From: Macrostomum lignano
Lineage: Eukaryota
Direction: 5' to 3'
DNA: 64,000 bases
Assembly: GCA_002269645.1 (NCBI GenBank)
Contig: NIVC01001456.1
Location: forward strand, 1-64,000
In this document: one piece after another, positions 41,329 to 54,016 of the stretch
Layout of the letters: every line of letters starts with the position of its first letter
Numbering within the stretch: position 1 is the stretch's first letter
Program-made: the position numbers and the translations under genes
Notes under the pieces: generated by a model
What the model was told of the DNA's origin: nothing
Seen by the model: the letters and a program-made list of their open reading frames with translations, nothing else
Database searches by the model: none

Positions 41329-43132
41329 TTAGAGGAGGCTCCTGCTGCTGCTGCAGTTGCAGGGAGCGGAGGTCTGAGCCGATGAGGCCATCTGTCTGGT
41401 CTGAATTATCAGGACAAAGTAGGTCATGAACAGGCTGGCCATCTGCAAAGTAAGACCTGGCGATAGCATACTTGCAGTCCTTAGAAATTGGAACAAACAA
41501 TTTCATCGGTAAATACTTACGCTGACGAGTAGAGAATAGTCAATGACGAAGAAATTCGAGCACGTGAGACCGCACTCATTGTTCGATACGGCATGGAGGA
41601 ATATCATAATCTGTAAATCAGAGGTGATCTAATAAAGCAATCGACCGACTAACATTGCAATAGCAGTTTATTTGGAAAGTTCTAGACACAAGGAAAACAG
41701 TCTTTATGGACAGAGAGTCGGGAAAGGTACAGGGGCTCTATATACAGAGCAGAAGGGAGGGGCGCTGAGGAGTGAGAGCTGGCAAAAAGGGCTGACCAAT
41801 CAGAGGGGGCGCTGAGGGGTGAGAGCTGGCAAAAAGGGCTGACCAATCAGGAGGGGCACTGAGGAGTAAGAGCTGGCAGAAAGGGCTGACCAAACAGGGG
41901 GGACCGAACGGTGGTTAGAAAAGGACAGCATTCAATCTCATCCATGACATTCCTATTATTGCCCATGAACTCACCTCTTTATCATTCTTCGATGTTATTT
42001 CCTGCCGATGCAGAATTTCTAGCGGCTTCTTTGCCTGAGGAGAAAAATGCCTGATAAAAGAGTGAACATTCCAGGGCTAAATAGACTATGGCGAGTAATG
42101 CCGCTGTTCACTTACCAAATTAAGGATGTGGCCACACACGAATACTACCATGCCTAGGATGAAAAGGCCCGCAACAAACCAGAACATCATGACAACTGCA
42201 GCGAGAAGGGACATGGTATTGAAGTCGAGAAGTGCATTCAGAATTAACATCACGGCGAACAGGACAAATATCAGTGTAATCCCGACGTAGTGCCTGAGCA
42301 GCGAGTCCAACCGGCTCACAACCTCCGTAATTTTCAGGTAGTACAGTCGGTACGCGGCGGCGCAGTCCGCGCTCAGTCCCGAGGACTCTTCGACCTGACT
42401 ACTCAGCCCTGAGCAGAACCCGGAAAGCAAGTACGCTACGAGAAGACCGAACACAACAAAGACGAAGAATCCGAAAATCCACAGAAATGTTTTGAAAATC
42501 CAGAAGAGCGAGACCACCACCTGCCAAGCGACTAGAAACCACGGCGCAGAGGTGATGGGCGGCAGCGGCTCGGAGCTGCTCCAGCTTCCCACTGCGCTGA
42601 TTCGGACGCTGAACTTGTAGGGCGGATCGTCCGGGTTTGTCATCACCAGGACGATGCACATCGCTCCGTTGCCGACGCAAACCAGAGACACGATGGGGAA
42701 GAGACGTCTGAACAGTCGTCGGAATCGACCGAGTCGAGCTCGCAGCGCTCTGGCAAGAGTTGGTCGACCGGCGCTGCTGATGACAATGTTGTCAATGTCT
42801 CGGAGGAAGCTGCTGATCTTCCCGGTGCTTCCCAGAATCAGGTAGGCCGAGTTGATGAAGCCGCTGTACAGAAAAAACAAGGCCGATAAGATGAGGAGAG
42901 TCGACTCGGCATTCAGATTGACCGGCACCTTCAGAAACAACGGCATGATCACGAGGCCTTCCATGTAGATTGAAAAATTAATTAGAACAGCCACAGATAG
43001 CCAGATAAAGCGTTGCTTTTTGGGAGCTTGAAACCTGGAAAACTCGAATACACTTAGAGTCCGTTGGGCTGAAACAGTGTGGAACTCGAATTCCTCTGCA
43101 TTAGCTGGTGCAACTTGAATTTGTTGAGACAT
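41329..43132 (-). CDS. Gustatory-receptor-like (Grl / 7TM ion channel superfamily) protein, 426 aa
   Basis: Exons 42116-43132 (339 aa, several TM helices, YLKITEVVSRLDSLL), 41975-42034 (AKKPLEILH...), 41521-41610 (...GLTCSNFFVIDYSLLVS), 41329-41442 (MASLFMTYFVLIIQT...). Three phase-0 introns near the 3' end and a TYxxxxxQ TM7 signature. Confidence 0.82.
41755..41900 (+). repeat. ~47-bp tandem repeat x3 containing GCTGACCAATCAG, in Grl intron 2
   Basis: GGGGCGCTGAGG..TGAGAGCTGGCAAAAAGGGCTGACCAATCAG recurs three times. Confidence 0.8.
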
Positions 43133-44715
43133 TGTAGCTGTGATACTTGTAGTTTCTATATAGTTCTTGTAGTGCTTTCCTTCAAAATTCCATGTGGTTA
43201 CTGGAAGGTTTGGTAGGTAGTGTTCAATATATACGATCCACGTCCTCACCGAGAATTCCTCTGATTTGCTAGCGCTAATTTTCACTTCATGCTGTTTGAA
43301 GCTGATTTCATTGGTGAGGAACTGTTTCCATGACATCAATTTCTGTTTGCGAGGAAGTTTTTCTAGTGGATTGAATTCATTAATCGCCCGGAAGCACTTT
43401 ATTATTGTTTCGCTAATCCATCAACTTCCTTTTGGTTCTACAGAGCTGCATGCACTGTAATCAAAGAATTATGTTCTGTTCTCCGTCCCTTTACTCTAAT
43501 GTCGGAAGAATAAAATACTTCAGAGCATTGTTTGCGCTGACACGCGGCAGCTTCATAGCAATGGAGGACGACTCTTAGAAATTTCGTAATTCATTTTGTT
43601 GTATCTGTCAGTATAGCCCAATGCAATGCAATCATCATTACTGTATCGACATATGAGACAATCGTGCGTAGACATCTATAATCAAATCAAGTTAATAAAG
43701 GGGATCCCTCAGAAAGAACGCTTTGCTCTCCCCCATGCATGCCTGTTCGTCTGTCCGTCGGTCTGAAGGTCGCGTATGTGCGGAGAGCAGACATATATTA
43801 TACATGTAAAATGTATGCTCCAATGACCACTTGCAGTAAAACAGGACGTAAAACTAAAAGATGGTGTAATTTTTGGAGGCAAATTTCCTGGACAGAATAC
43901 ACTGCGGAGATAGTAAAAGTTTTTTTTCATCGCAAAATCAATGAATCTTGCATTTGATCCAGGACAGTGAATTGATTACCATTATTTTAATTTAGCATTC
44001 ACAGCTTGTTGTTGTATTTTATGTTGTATTTAATTATTTATACAGTGAACTTGTTTCATTTTCATACTTTTATTTTATTTTATATAAAACGCAAAGTTGT
44101 TAATTACTACTAACAAGTGGCATCAGGTGAACTTTTTGTTTTGTTCCTTCAATATATTCAAGTCAAGTCAAATCAAGGCTAGGGGCCTGCCTAATTATGC
44201 CAATTGTGAGCATTTACAAATTTTGGGCTTAAAAGTAATAAGGAATGAAAGTTTTACTGCACAACTATATAAAATAAAGTACGTACAACAGAGTAACATG
44301 TTCTGCATGCTATAATTAAAAGACTGCATGGTAATCTTCGATATTTTTGAGATGAGGCTGTTTTCCCATCTCCTTAGAGTATTTTTCAGGAAATTGGCCT
44401 CCAAAAATGCACGATCTTTGAGTATACATACATGTACGTCCTGGTTGTCCTATAGTGGTTCTTGGTATATTCGTGAAGAAACGATAGAAAACTATGTACA
44501 ACCTTATTAGTTAGAAAGCAGCCGAAACAACCATAGGTGCTAGTTATGCACCGTCTGCAAACACACTTGGACATCCAACTGTCATCCGGTTTTGGTTAAG
44601 CATTGTTTATAGTAGCTCAAGTCATATAATGTACGTATACGTACGTGTACCAGATCTTAACAATCGAGCTACCGTTTACTTTTTTATAAAGTTAAAATCC
44701 TCTCCCCCGCTTGGT

Positions 44716-44727
44716 GTTGCAAGTAAC
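44716..44727 (+). promoter_or_regulatory. Candidate RFX X-box (GTTGCAAGTAAC) upstream of IQCA1; a second candidate GTTGCATAGCAAT at 45012-45024
   Basis: Matches GTNRCN-N(0-3)-RGYAAC, the second with one mismatch. Both lie within 400 bp of the predicted ATG of a motile-cilium gene. Confidence 0.45.
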
Positions 44728-45110
44728 GTCCTATCTTTTAACTAATTGCAAAAAAAACAATACCAGGACCACTGCATATAGCAGAACGTAAAACTCATAA
44801 TGCAGTAAAGTAAGTCCTTGAACAAAGTTATCTGGCAGTGTTGAGTTAACTGCATCGTCTTTTTTAACCGGCAATGTGTAAAGACAAACAAAGTTGTTTT
44901 CCTAAAATTTTCAGAAGTTTAGGTATATAAAATAACTACATCTTTTAGTTGTAAAAGTGTATTTTTTTATACTAGAACTTGAAAGTAAACAATTTTTGTG
45001 ATCTATTTGACGTTGCATAGCAATATTGCTGTGCACAGCTTAGATTTCAAAGAAATCAGAACATTTTTTTGACGAATTAAGGCCATCGTCCATCGACAGT
45101 ATTTGCGTCG

Positions 45111-48100
45111 ATGTCTCACATGTAAGTTGTTCTTGAAATTTATTATAAAATTTTCCTAAGATGACAGCATTTGTTTTAGATCGCTTATTTTTACAGATAA
45201 TGTTCTAATATTAACTGAACTACTTAACATGGGCAGCCTAATTTTGTCAGTTTTTACCAAAATCATGAGAGGAAATGAAAGATATCACCGAGAATATAAT
45301 TAAGTTTATTAATTTTTACGTACTTAAGAAACTTAGATAATCATATGATATTTCACTACCTTTATTTTTAGTAATGTTTTTCTCATAGCTATTGTAATTA
45401 TAATTACTTATTGAAATATTGCGTTTTAATCAAATAATTGGTACCATGATAAAATGATACGAAACTGATTCTTTAACAAAGGCGTTTTTTTAATTTAAAC
45501 TCATTGTCAATCAAGCTAGTAAGACCATGAACTATAATGACTATCACTCATTTCATTTAGAAAACTTTTCACTTCAATGACAATTCTTGAACTTTGAAGC
45601 AGAATAAAGCACAAGGAGAGCTTAATTTTTGTAACAGACCCGAGTTTTTGTAACAAATCAAATTATAATGTTCAAATATTCAGTTAAATATTATACAGTA
45701 ACTTTATTTGCAGTTGTACATAGGAGATTATTACTTTTCCTAAAAAGGGAATTTTTTGTTATTTTCATTCATGTTAAATAATTTTGTAAAGAGATGAGGC
45801 TCTAAATATATGCAAAAATATTAAATTTTTATTTCACATATTTAGTATTCATTACTAAATATATACATCTCAATACTAAAAATATCCATATACTAAAATG
45901 GTTTGTATGGTTCTTTAATTTTATATTCAGCATATTCTTCTTCTATTTACATATAAACAGAACCTACAATAAGGAGTGGCGGGAGGCCCAGCAGGCCCTC
46001 GCTGACCTCTTCGAAAATGAGAAGCCACCGGAAGCTCAAAAACCTGAAAAGGTGAGATGGCACGCTGAATTTCCTTCTATTATAGTCTAAATAAATCACC
46101 AATTCCAATGCTTCTTATTCATATTTTTCTTCAGGACAAAGTGGCATTCTTCCAGTTCCTCGCCACCATGTACATCAAGTACATCCAGATCCTCCGCAAG
46201 CTGGAGGCCTGCTACGACCAGATTGTTCATCCGCAGAAGCGCCTGGTGCTGCGAAACGTCCTCGACGGTGTCCTTGGCCGACTGCTCGAGCTCAAGCAGG
46301 AGATGGTGGACCTCGAGTGCCTGGAGTACCACTTCTTTGACGATATTTTGTCGGACCTGAAGCTGACGCCGGTGAGGCTGTTGGGTTTAACGGTTGCAGG
46401 CGAAAAATTGGGCTGGTAGCCATTGGGCCGTTTTATTGGTTTCTGAGTTATTAGAACAGCATAACCCCAAACTCTCAAAGCTGGTATTTAAAACTGGTAT
46501 TTAACGTCACTCGTCTTCCAGAATGACGTCGAGATGCCGATTCCAAAGTACTTTGTGCTTGAGCAGGAGAAGAATCTTCGAGCTCGACAGCAGCTGCTTG
46601 GCCAAATTCTGGCCAAGATGGGGCCCAGCGAGAAGGAGGAGAAGGCGGCCGAGGTGAAGATGTCGCTGGAGGAGGCCATCCGCTTGGTGCAGGTGCAAGA
46701 GCGCGCCAGGCAGGGCCGGCTGCGCGCCAAGTTCATGCGGGAGATCCGCGAGCAGGAGGAGAAGTCGCGGCAGGACGCCACCAGAGGCGCGCCGACACTT
46801 GACCCCGTGGACGCGGCCGTGCGGATTCAGAAGGTGCGCGGGGTCGGATGGAGCGGGGAGAGGATTAATCTGTTATTTACGAGTGTATCAGGTGATGATG
46901 GTATCTAACATGTGACACAATCCCGTCTAACAGGTGACACGATCCTGTCTAACAGGTGACAAAATCCTGTCTAACAGGTGACAAAATCCTGTCTAACAGG
47001 TGACACAATCCTGTCTAACAGGTGACAAAATCCTGTTTAACAGGTGACAAAATCCTGTCTAACAGGTGACAAAATCCTGTCTAACAGGTGACACAATCCT
47101 GGCTAACAGGTGACAAAATCCTGTTTAACAGGTGACAAAATCCTGTCTAACAGGTGACACAATCCTGGCTAACAGGTGACAAAATCCTGTTTAACAGGTG
47201 ACAAAATCCTGTCTAACAGGTGACAAAATCCTGTTTAACAGGTGACACAATCCTGGCTAACAGGTGACAAAATCATGTTTAACAGGTGACAAAATCCTGT
47301 CTAACAGGTGACAAAATCCTGTTTAACAGGTGACACAGCCCTGTCTAACAGGTGACACAACCCTGTCTAACAGGTGACACAACCCTGTCTAACAGGTGAC
47401 ACAGTCCTGTCTAACAGGTGACACGATCCTGTTTAACAGGTGACACGATCCTGGCTAACAGGTGACACGATCCTGTCTAACAGGTGACACGATTCTGTTT
47501 AACAGGTGACACGATCCTGTCTAACAGGTGACACGATTCTGTTTAACAGGTGACACGATCCTGTCTAACAGGTGACACGATCCTGTCTAACAGGTGACAC
47601 GATCCTGTCTAACAGGTGACACGATTCTGTTTAACAGGTGACACGATCCTGTCTAACAGGTGACACGATCCTGTCTAACAGGTGACACGATCCTGTCTAA
47701 CAGGTGACACGATTCTGTTTAACAGGTGACACGACCCTGTCTAACAGGTGACACGATTCTGTTTAACAGGTGACACGATCCTGTCTAACAGGTATCACAG
47801 TCCTGTTCAACAGTCAAAACTCCTCTCTAAGACAATGACACAACCGAATAAAAACGTCTTATATTTCTAAAAGTGCATGCTAGAGATTAAACAAGCGCTA
47901 ATATGTTTATTTGTCCCAATTTTCCCAAAAAATTGAACACCCGATTGCAGCACTGGAAAGGTTTTTGTACCAGAAAATTTTCCCGGCGGGAACGCGACGA
48001 AGAGATGGTGTTCATCGGCATGGTGAATTCCGGCAGCCTGTTTCTCTAGATGTTGTGTTGTACTTTTATTCTTAGTCCATTTTTCACTGCTTGTAGTGTT

Positions 48101-51100
48101 TTTTATGTTGTGCATCTGTTTTATTATTATTTCATTTAATTAATGTTGTGCTCCCACTTTACTCAACACTGACAGCTGTGGCGCGGAGTGATGATTCGTA
48201 GAAAAGTCACTCGACTCCGAGATGACGAATTCGTCTGGCTTGGAATGGTAAAGTATTGGCACGGGACTCTGATTGAATAGCAGCTTGTTGGCTAAAACTG
48301 CGCTTTAATCCGTGGTGATTGATTTTCTAACTGGTCTCTTGATTGCTAGGATTCTGCATGAGTTGCTTATGCGGCGCGAACAATAACGCACTATATATAT
48401 GAAGTGATAACGCGCCTCTCGCTCTCCCCGGTAAAGTCTCCCCGTGTTCGATTCCCATTAATTGATTGATTTGGGTCCTGTGCCACCGAGCTTCGACCCT
48501 GTGTGAGCTCGTGCTTCCGTACGCATCCGTGTGTGCGTGTGTGTTCTCCGAGGTCAGCGGAATGGGTCGACTGTCGCCTTACACTCAATTAACGAACTGT
48601 ACCTTTAATAAACTATTATAAATATTGGTAAAGCACCGCTCTAATTTGATACTCGCTTCGTAATGGAGGCTCTAACAGCAACATTCACTAATTGATTGTC
48701 AATCTTCATTTAACGCTTTTCAAATACAACTTGTACAGCTCTTCTCAGTCTAAGTAAAACATCAAAATCTCATCAAACAATGTCACTTTCCCGCAGAACC
48801 CACCAGCTCAGTTCCTGACCGCCAAGAAGTCAACAGCACAGGTGCATGCTCTGAAGGTGCAGGACATGCGCCGGGTCACCCAGTCGATGCACAGGCAGGA
48901 GTACGACCAGGCGCTCGTCACCATCAAGGAGAAGCTGCGCGAGACTGAAGGCCCCGACATGAAAGAGACAATGCAGGACCAGATCCGGCAGTGGTTTCTG
49001 GAGTGCCGAGATGCCACGGGCAAATTTCCAGACTACCCTGACGGAGAGGAGGGCAGCGCTGAGCTGTTCAAGCAGAAGAGCGTAGCCGAGCTGGAGCGCG
49101 AGCTCAAGGAGAAGGTGCGGGACTCCGCTTCTGCTGCTTGCTTTTTTGTCCGGGAAATTTGTCACAGTCTCCTGCTCCTGTTTGATGTTCGATTTAACAC
49201 TGTCTCCATTTGTTCCCAATCTAAACCAATTATCAAGGAGGAAGGCGGCGGCAAAGGCAAGGGCGGCAAGAAAGGCAAAAAGGGCGGAAAAAGCGGCGGC
49301 AAGAAGGGCAAAGACGCCAAAGGCAAGAAAGGCGGCAAGGGCAAGAAAGGCAAAAAGGACGACGTAAGTTTCAGTGGATTTTTTAAATACGAGCGTACTG
49401 GAATTTCTATTTTGCTTTCTGTGCTGTTTGGCTTCCCTGTCTGTTAGTCGGTAGGATTTCTTTGTGTGGCATGTGGGGTGGGGGTTTGTGGGGTAGGGGC
49501 TTTTAGAGTGGGGGTTGTGGAGTTGGGTTTTGTGGGGTGTGGGTTTGTGGGGTGAGGGTTTGTGAGGTGGGGGTTTTTGGGGTGAGGGTTTGTGGGGTGG
49601 GGGTTTGTGGGGTGAGGGTTTGTGGGGTGGGTTTGTGGGGTGTGGGGTTGTGGGGTGAGGATTTGTGGGGTGAGGGTTTGTGGGGTGGGGTTTAGTCTTT
49701 AGGTGAGGGTTTGTGGGGTGGGGGTTTGTAGGGTGAGGGTTTGTGGGGTGAGGGTTTGTGGGGTAGGGGTTTGTGGGGGGAAGGCGTTTGTGGGGTAGGG
49801 GTTAGTGGGGTGGGTGTTTGTAGGGTGGTGGTTTGTGGGGCATCGTTTTTGGTCGCAGTTGCTCGTACTTATTCTTAGTTTGTGGGTTGGCTAAGAATAT
49901 TTGAACTATTTGACCTTTCTTGCTCATAAAAATCCACAGGACGATGACGAAGGCCTAAAGATGAAGGAGTCGAAATTCACGGGCGATATCGGCAGGGCTA
50001 TGCAGGAGTACGAGAGTAAGTGCATTGGCACTCGCCGATAGAATTCGTTTTTTATAACGCCGTTTTTTATAACAAAAAATCTAAGTTTTTTATTTCAATT
50101 CACCACATGCAGGCATCTGGAAGCTGAGAGACGAGTCGGACAATTTCCAGCAGAAGCACGACTCCGAACTCATCAAGGAGGCCAAGCGGGTTGAGGTTGA
50201 ACGGGAGATCCGTCAGCAAGTTGACGAGCTGATGCGCCAGGAGCTGCAGAACCTCAAGGTGGCCATCGACAAGGAGAAAGTTCGCAAAGGCAAAAAGTCC
50301 GGCAAGAAGAAGAAGGGCAAGAAGGGTGAGCGCGAGAAAAGATTTACATTCGTGCCAATTTTCTTTGTTAAAACGGTTCCGTATTTCAGTTTTCTAAGAA
50401 AATCTTAGCGCACTTTTTCGAATTCTGATTCCAGGAAAGAAGGGCAAGAAGGGTAAATGACTGCTCGCTAACAGTTTTGCACTCTGTTGTTAGTCTCATG
50501 TACTTTTAGCCAAATGCACTTTAATAGTGCATCAAGTGTAAAGTACGCGCGCACTTTTCAATTTTCTTAGATATCCAATAAACGGTCAATAAATTTGCAT
50601 TATTTTCAGGCAAAAAGGGTAAAAAAGGAAAGAAAGGTACAAATATGTAGACACATGTTCGACTCATTTTTTCCGCATTCTGATTAGATACTCGTAATTT
50701 CTGTTAGTCTTTAGAAGATATTTTGAGTCGTAGTATATCTTATTATCAAAGTGTATTGTTTATGCAATTTAATGCTAAAACATGTTATCTATAGCTTTAG
50801 AAGATAAAGTTCTAACAAAATGTTTATAAAACACACATGCAGTCAGGATACGCATGCGTTCCAATCAAAGTTAGTAGATGCCGAACCTCTAAAGCAAGCA
50901 AGTTAGAGCTGAAAATTATCAACTTATCTAACCGAAATTACCTAAAAATAAAGTTTCCTAGGAATTTTGATTTACATGTATTCGAATTTTAAATGATTAA
51001 CAGGTAAGAAGTCTGGCAAGAAGGGCAAAAAGGGCAAGAAGGAGAAGGACCTGACACCCGACTCAACTATTGAGGAGCTGTTCGAGGAGCTCGTGATGAA

Positions 51101-53678
51101 TGGCATTATCAAGAAGGTGAGCACCGAGCTTCTTTTGCCAGTGTTCTGATGTTCATCTTCTTATGTACGCATTTGCATGTAACATTTCCATGTAAAACTA
51201 GTGAATTCGTCATTCTCTACACATTCTGATGCACTTTTTAGTATCACCATATACACAGCCTCATGTAGGTAGGCCTACTCGTGTACACATCCTCACGTAC
51301 CGGTAAACATTCTCATGTAGACATCCTCATGCAGCACGTTCTCGTGTAACACATCCTCGTGTACGCATCGGCATTAACACATTCTCATGTACACATCCTC
51401 ATGTAGCACGTTTTCATGTACGCATCATTATGTACATATCATTATGTACACATCCTCATGTACACATCCTCATGTACACATCCTCACGTACACATCCTCA
51501 CGTACACATCCTCATGTACACACACTCACGTAGACATTCTAATGTGCTCACTCTCGATGGACTCTGCTTCCCCAGGTGCCCAAGGTCAGCATGGCGGACT
51601 ACGAAGGCGAGTACAACTACCTGGGCACAACTCTGAAGCAGGCCAACTTGGAACCGATGCCATCCTTAGCGGACGTGAGGCGCACCGTGTCAGAGCTGGC
51701 CTGCCTGCCAATGGGCTCCGAGGTGGTGCACAAGAGTGCGCCCCTCGTTAAAAGCCTCCTACTCGCTGGGCCGTCCGGTATCGGCAAGAAGATGCTGGTG
51801 CACGCTATCTGCACGGAAACCGGAGCAAATCTGTTCGACCTGTCGGCTACCAACTTGGCGGGAAAATATCCTGGCAAGGACGGCCTGCGGAGGCTGATGC
51901 ACCTCATCTTCAAGGTAGGCACTTTTTTAGCTCTTTTCTACTTTATTTTATTAAGAACTAATTTGACCGATATGTATCGAAAACTAATTTGGCCAATACG
52001 TATTGAAAACTAATTTCACCGATATGTATCGAAAACTATTTCGACAGATAAGTATTCACAAGTGGTAATGAATCAATAATATTTTCAATTCCGACAGGTG
52101 GGCCGAGCCTTGCAGCCAAGCGTCTTCCTAATAGACGACTGCGACAAGATGTTCAAGAAGAAGATTCCCAAGAGCGACACCGTGAGTTTTTTAGTATTTT
52201 ATTTTTTTCTAAATATTCCGCAAGAAATGCGTCAATTCTACTTAAAGTAAAATGTAAAATATATTATGTAGAATTTTACGTTCTCTACACAGGATTCAGA
52301 GTCGATAAAAATCCAGTAAAAATATGTACTGCTAATGGCATTTGTGAGGGTATGAACGAATTCCTCGAGAAACTTCTCACTTGTAGTCACGGAAAGAAAC
52401 AAAACATCATCTAGCAAATGAAGTCACCAAATGTTTTTACAATTTTTCAATGTCACGTTTCCTAAGAGATGCTTTTTGCGCTGTCATTAACTTCGATAAT
52501 ATTCGCAAATTAACCGAAGACTTTCCAATTAATCCTCAGTCCGACCCCAAGCGTCTAAAGAAGGAGCTGCCGAAGGCCATGAAGAATGTCAAGGCCGAAG
52601 ATCGGCTTCTGCTGGTTGGCTGCTCGCGTTCGCCCTGGGAGGCCGATGTGAAACCGTTCTGCAGCCTCTACCAGCGCATCCTGCTCATTCCCAGGCCGGA
52701 TTATGCGTCCAGGCACCGTGAGTGCTGCTGGCTGAGGTTTACAGGAGCTTAGAGACACCAACCCGGACATTGTCGGGATCAGATCTATAAGGAGAGACAA
52801 CAAACCAGATGTACATTTTCGGGATGAGATCTATGGGGAGAGACACCAACCCGGATGTAGATTGTCGGGATGAGATCTATGGGGAGAGACACCAACCCGG
52901 ATGTACATTTTCGGGATGGATCTATGGGGAGAGACACCAACCCGGACATTGTCGGGATCAGATCTATAAGGAGAGACAACAAACCAGATGTACATTTTCG
53001 GGATGAGATCTATGGGGAGAGACACCAACCCGGATGTACATTGTCGGGGTGAGATCTATGGGGAGAGACACCAACCCGGATGTACATTTTCGGGATGGAT
53101 CTATGGGGAGAGACACCAACCCGGACATTGTCGGGATCAGATCTATAAGGAGAGACAACAAACCAGATGTACATTTTCGGGATGAGATCTATGGGGAGAG
53201 ACACCAACCCGGATGTACATTGTCGGGGTGAGATCTATGGGAGAGATGTAATGCACTGCTGCACCGATTAGAGATTTCGCGCACTCCAAACGCACTCCCC
53301 GCAGTGATCTGGCGCCGTCTCCTAGCCAAGCACAATGGCATCATCACGGGCGCCCTTGACGTGAGCACCCTGGCCAAGGTGACGGACGGAAACACGATGG
53401 GGCAGATCAAGCTGTGCTGCGAGGAGATTCTCACCGAGCGCCGCCTGGCCCAGATGGCCAAGCGGCCGCTGACCACCCAGGAGTTCATCCCGGTCATCGC
53501 CCGCCGCGAGTTCGTCCACTCCGAGGAGGAGGAGGCCTTCAAGAAGTGGTACAACAAGACGCCCCTCGGCAAGAAGCGGGCGAAGGCGATCGCGGCAGAC
53601 GAGGAGGAGGCCCAGGGCGGCGGCAAGGGCAAGGGAAAGGGCAAAGGAAAGGGCGGCAAGAAGGGCAAGAAGAAGTGA
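45111..53678 (+). CDS. IQCA1: IQ and AAA domain protein 1 / dynein regulatory complex subunit 11
   Basis: Exons 45111-45121, 45961-46051, 46135-46371, 46522-46833, [47951-48022 or 48176-48247], 48797-49114, 49238-49363, 49940-50015, 50113-50325, 50435-50452, 50610-50636, 51004-51116, 51576-51914, 52098-52181, 52540-52717, 53305-53678 stay in frame. Motifs: [30 protein letters not shown] motif, GKFPDYP, Lys-rich tracts, Walker A GPSGIGKK, Walker B LIDDCD. Confidence 0.93.
46905..47810. repeat. 22-bp minisatellite CTAACAGGTGACAMRATCCTGT, ~40 copies, IQCA1 intron
   Basis: CTAACAGG recurs at 46927, 46949, 46971 and onward. Confidence 0.95.
47951..48022 (+). CDS. IQCA1: IQCA1 IQ exon variant A ([24 protein letters not shown])
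   Basis: TGCAG| 72 nt |GTGAA, phase 0-0. Confidence 0.75.
48176..48247 (+). CDS. IQCA1: IQCA1 IQ exon variant B ([24 protein letters not shown])
   Basis: GACAG| 72 nt |GTAAA, phase 0-0, homologous to variant A. Confidence 0.75.
49472..49840 (+). repeat. G-rich degenerate ~15-16-bp repeat (GGGGTGAGGGTTTGT), G-quadruplex-prone, intronic
   Basis: Direct reading. Confidence 0.85.
52760..53240. repeat. 179-bp tandem repeat built from four ~45-bp subunits, ~2.7 copies, last IQCA1 intron
   Basis: Repeat-derived ORFs recur at +179 (52785/52964, 52809/52988). Confidence 0.9.
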
Positions 53679-54016
53679 GCAGAACCGATCCATTGAGAGC
53701 CAAGAAAGTCTCACTCAGAGCTCGCTTGCTGAGCAAAGTTGTACTGAGTACGCCGTTTTTTATTACTTCTGCTTGCATGTTTTTGTTTCACTCCGCTATC
53801 GTCCATTCCTGTTTTAAATTTATCTGTAACAGCAAACAAGCTGGTGACTGTGAGCAAGTTTATTAGTTTTTTAAATTTATTGAAGATTGACTAAAAATAA
53901 CAGAAAAACGAAAAGTTTTTCCAGCTTTTTAATGCGAATTATAAACACAATCAATTTGTTTTCTTGTTGCAGACGGCCTTTAAAACTTTTTTACCACCAT
54001 CCCTAACATTACTAAC

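Noticed and set aside
43133-43339. N-terminal 69 aa of the 417-aa ORF
   Set aside because: Starting at MSQQ (43132) gives a typical 426-aa receptor. The upstream in-frame stretch is more likely 5' UTR, although this is not proven.
48330-48590. Possible solo LTR in an IQCA1 intron
   Set aside because: It has a TATA-like run and a TGT end on the minus strand, but I found no matching CA end with a target-site duplication.
49472-49840. Interstitial telomeric repeat
   Set aside because: The unit is ~15-16 bp and TTAGGG hexamers are essentially absent; only generically G-rich.
51770-51800. Walker A GPSGIGKK as an inactivating mutation
   Set aside because: As I recall, GKK in place of GKT/S is normal for the IQCA1 family, so it is not specific to this copy.
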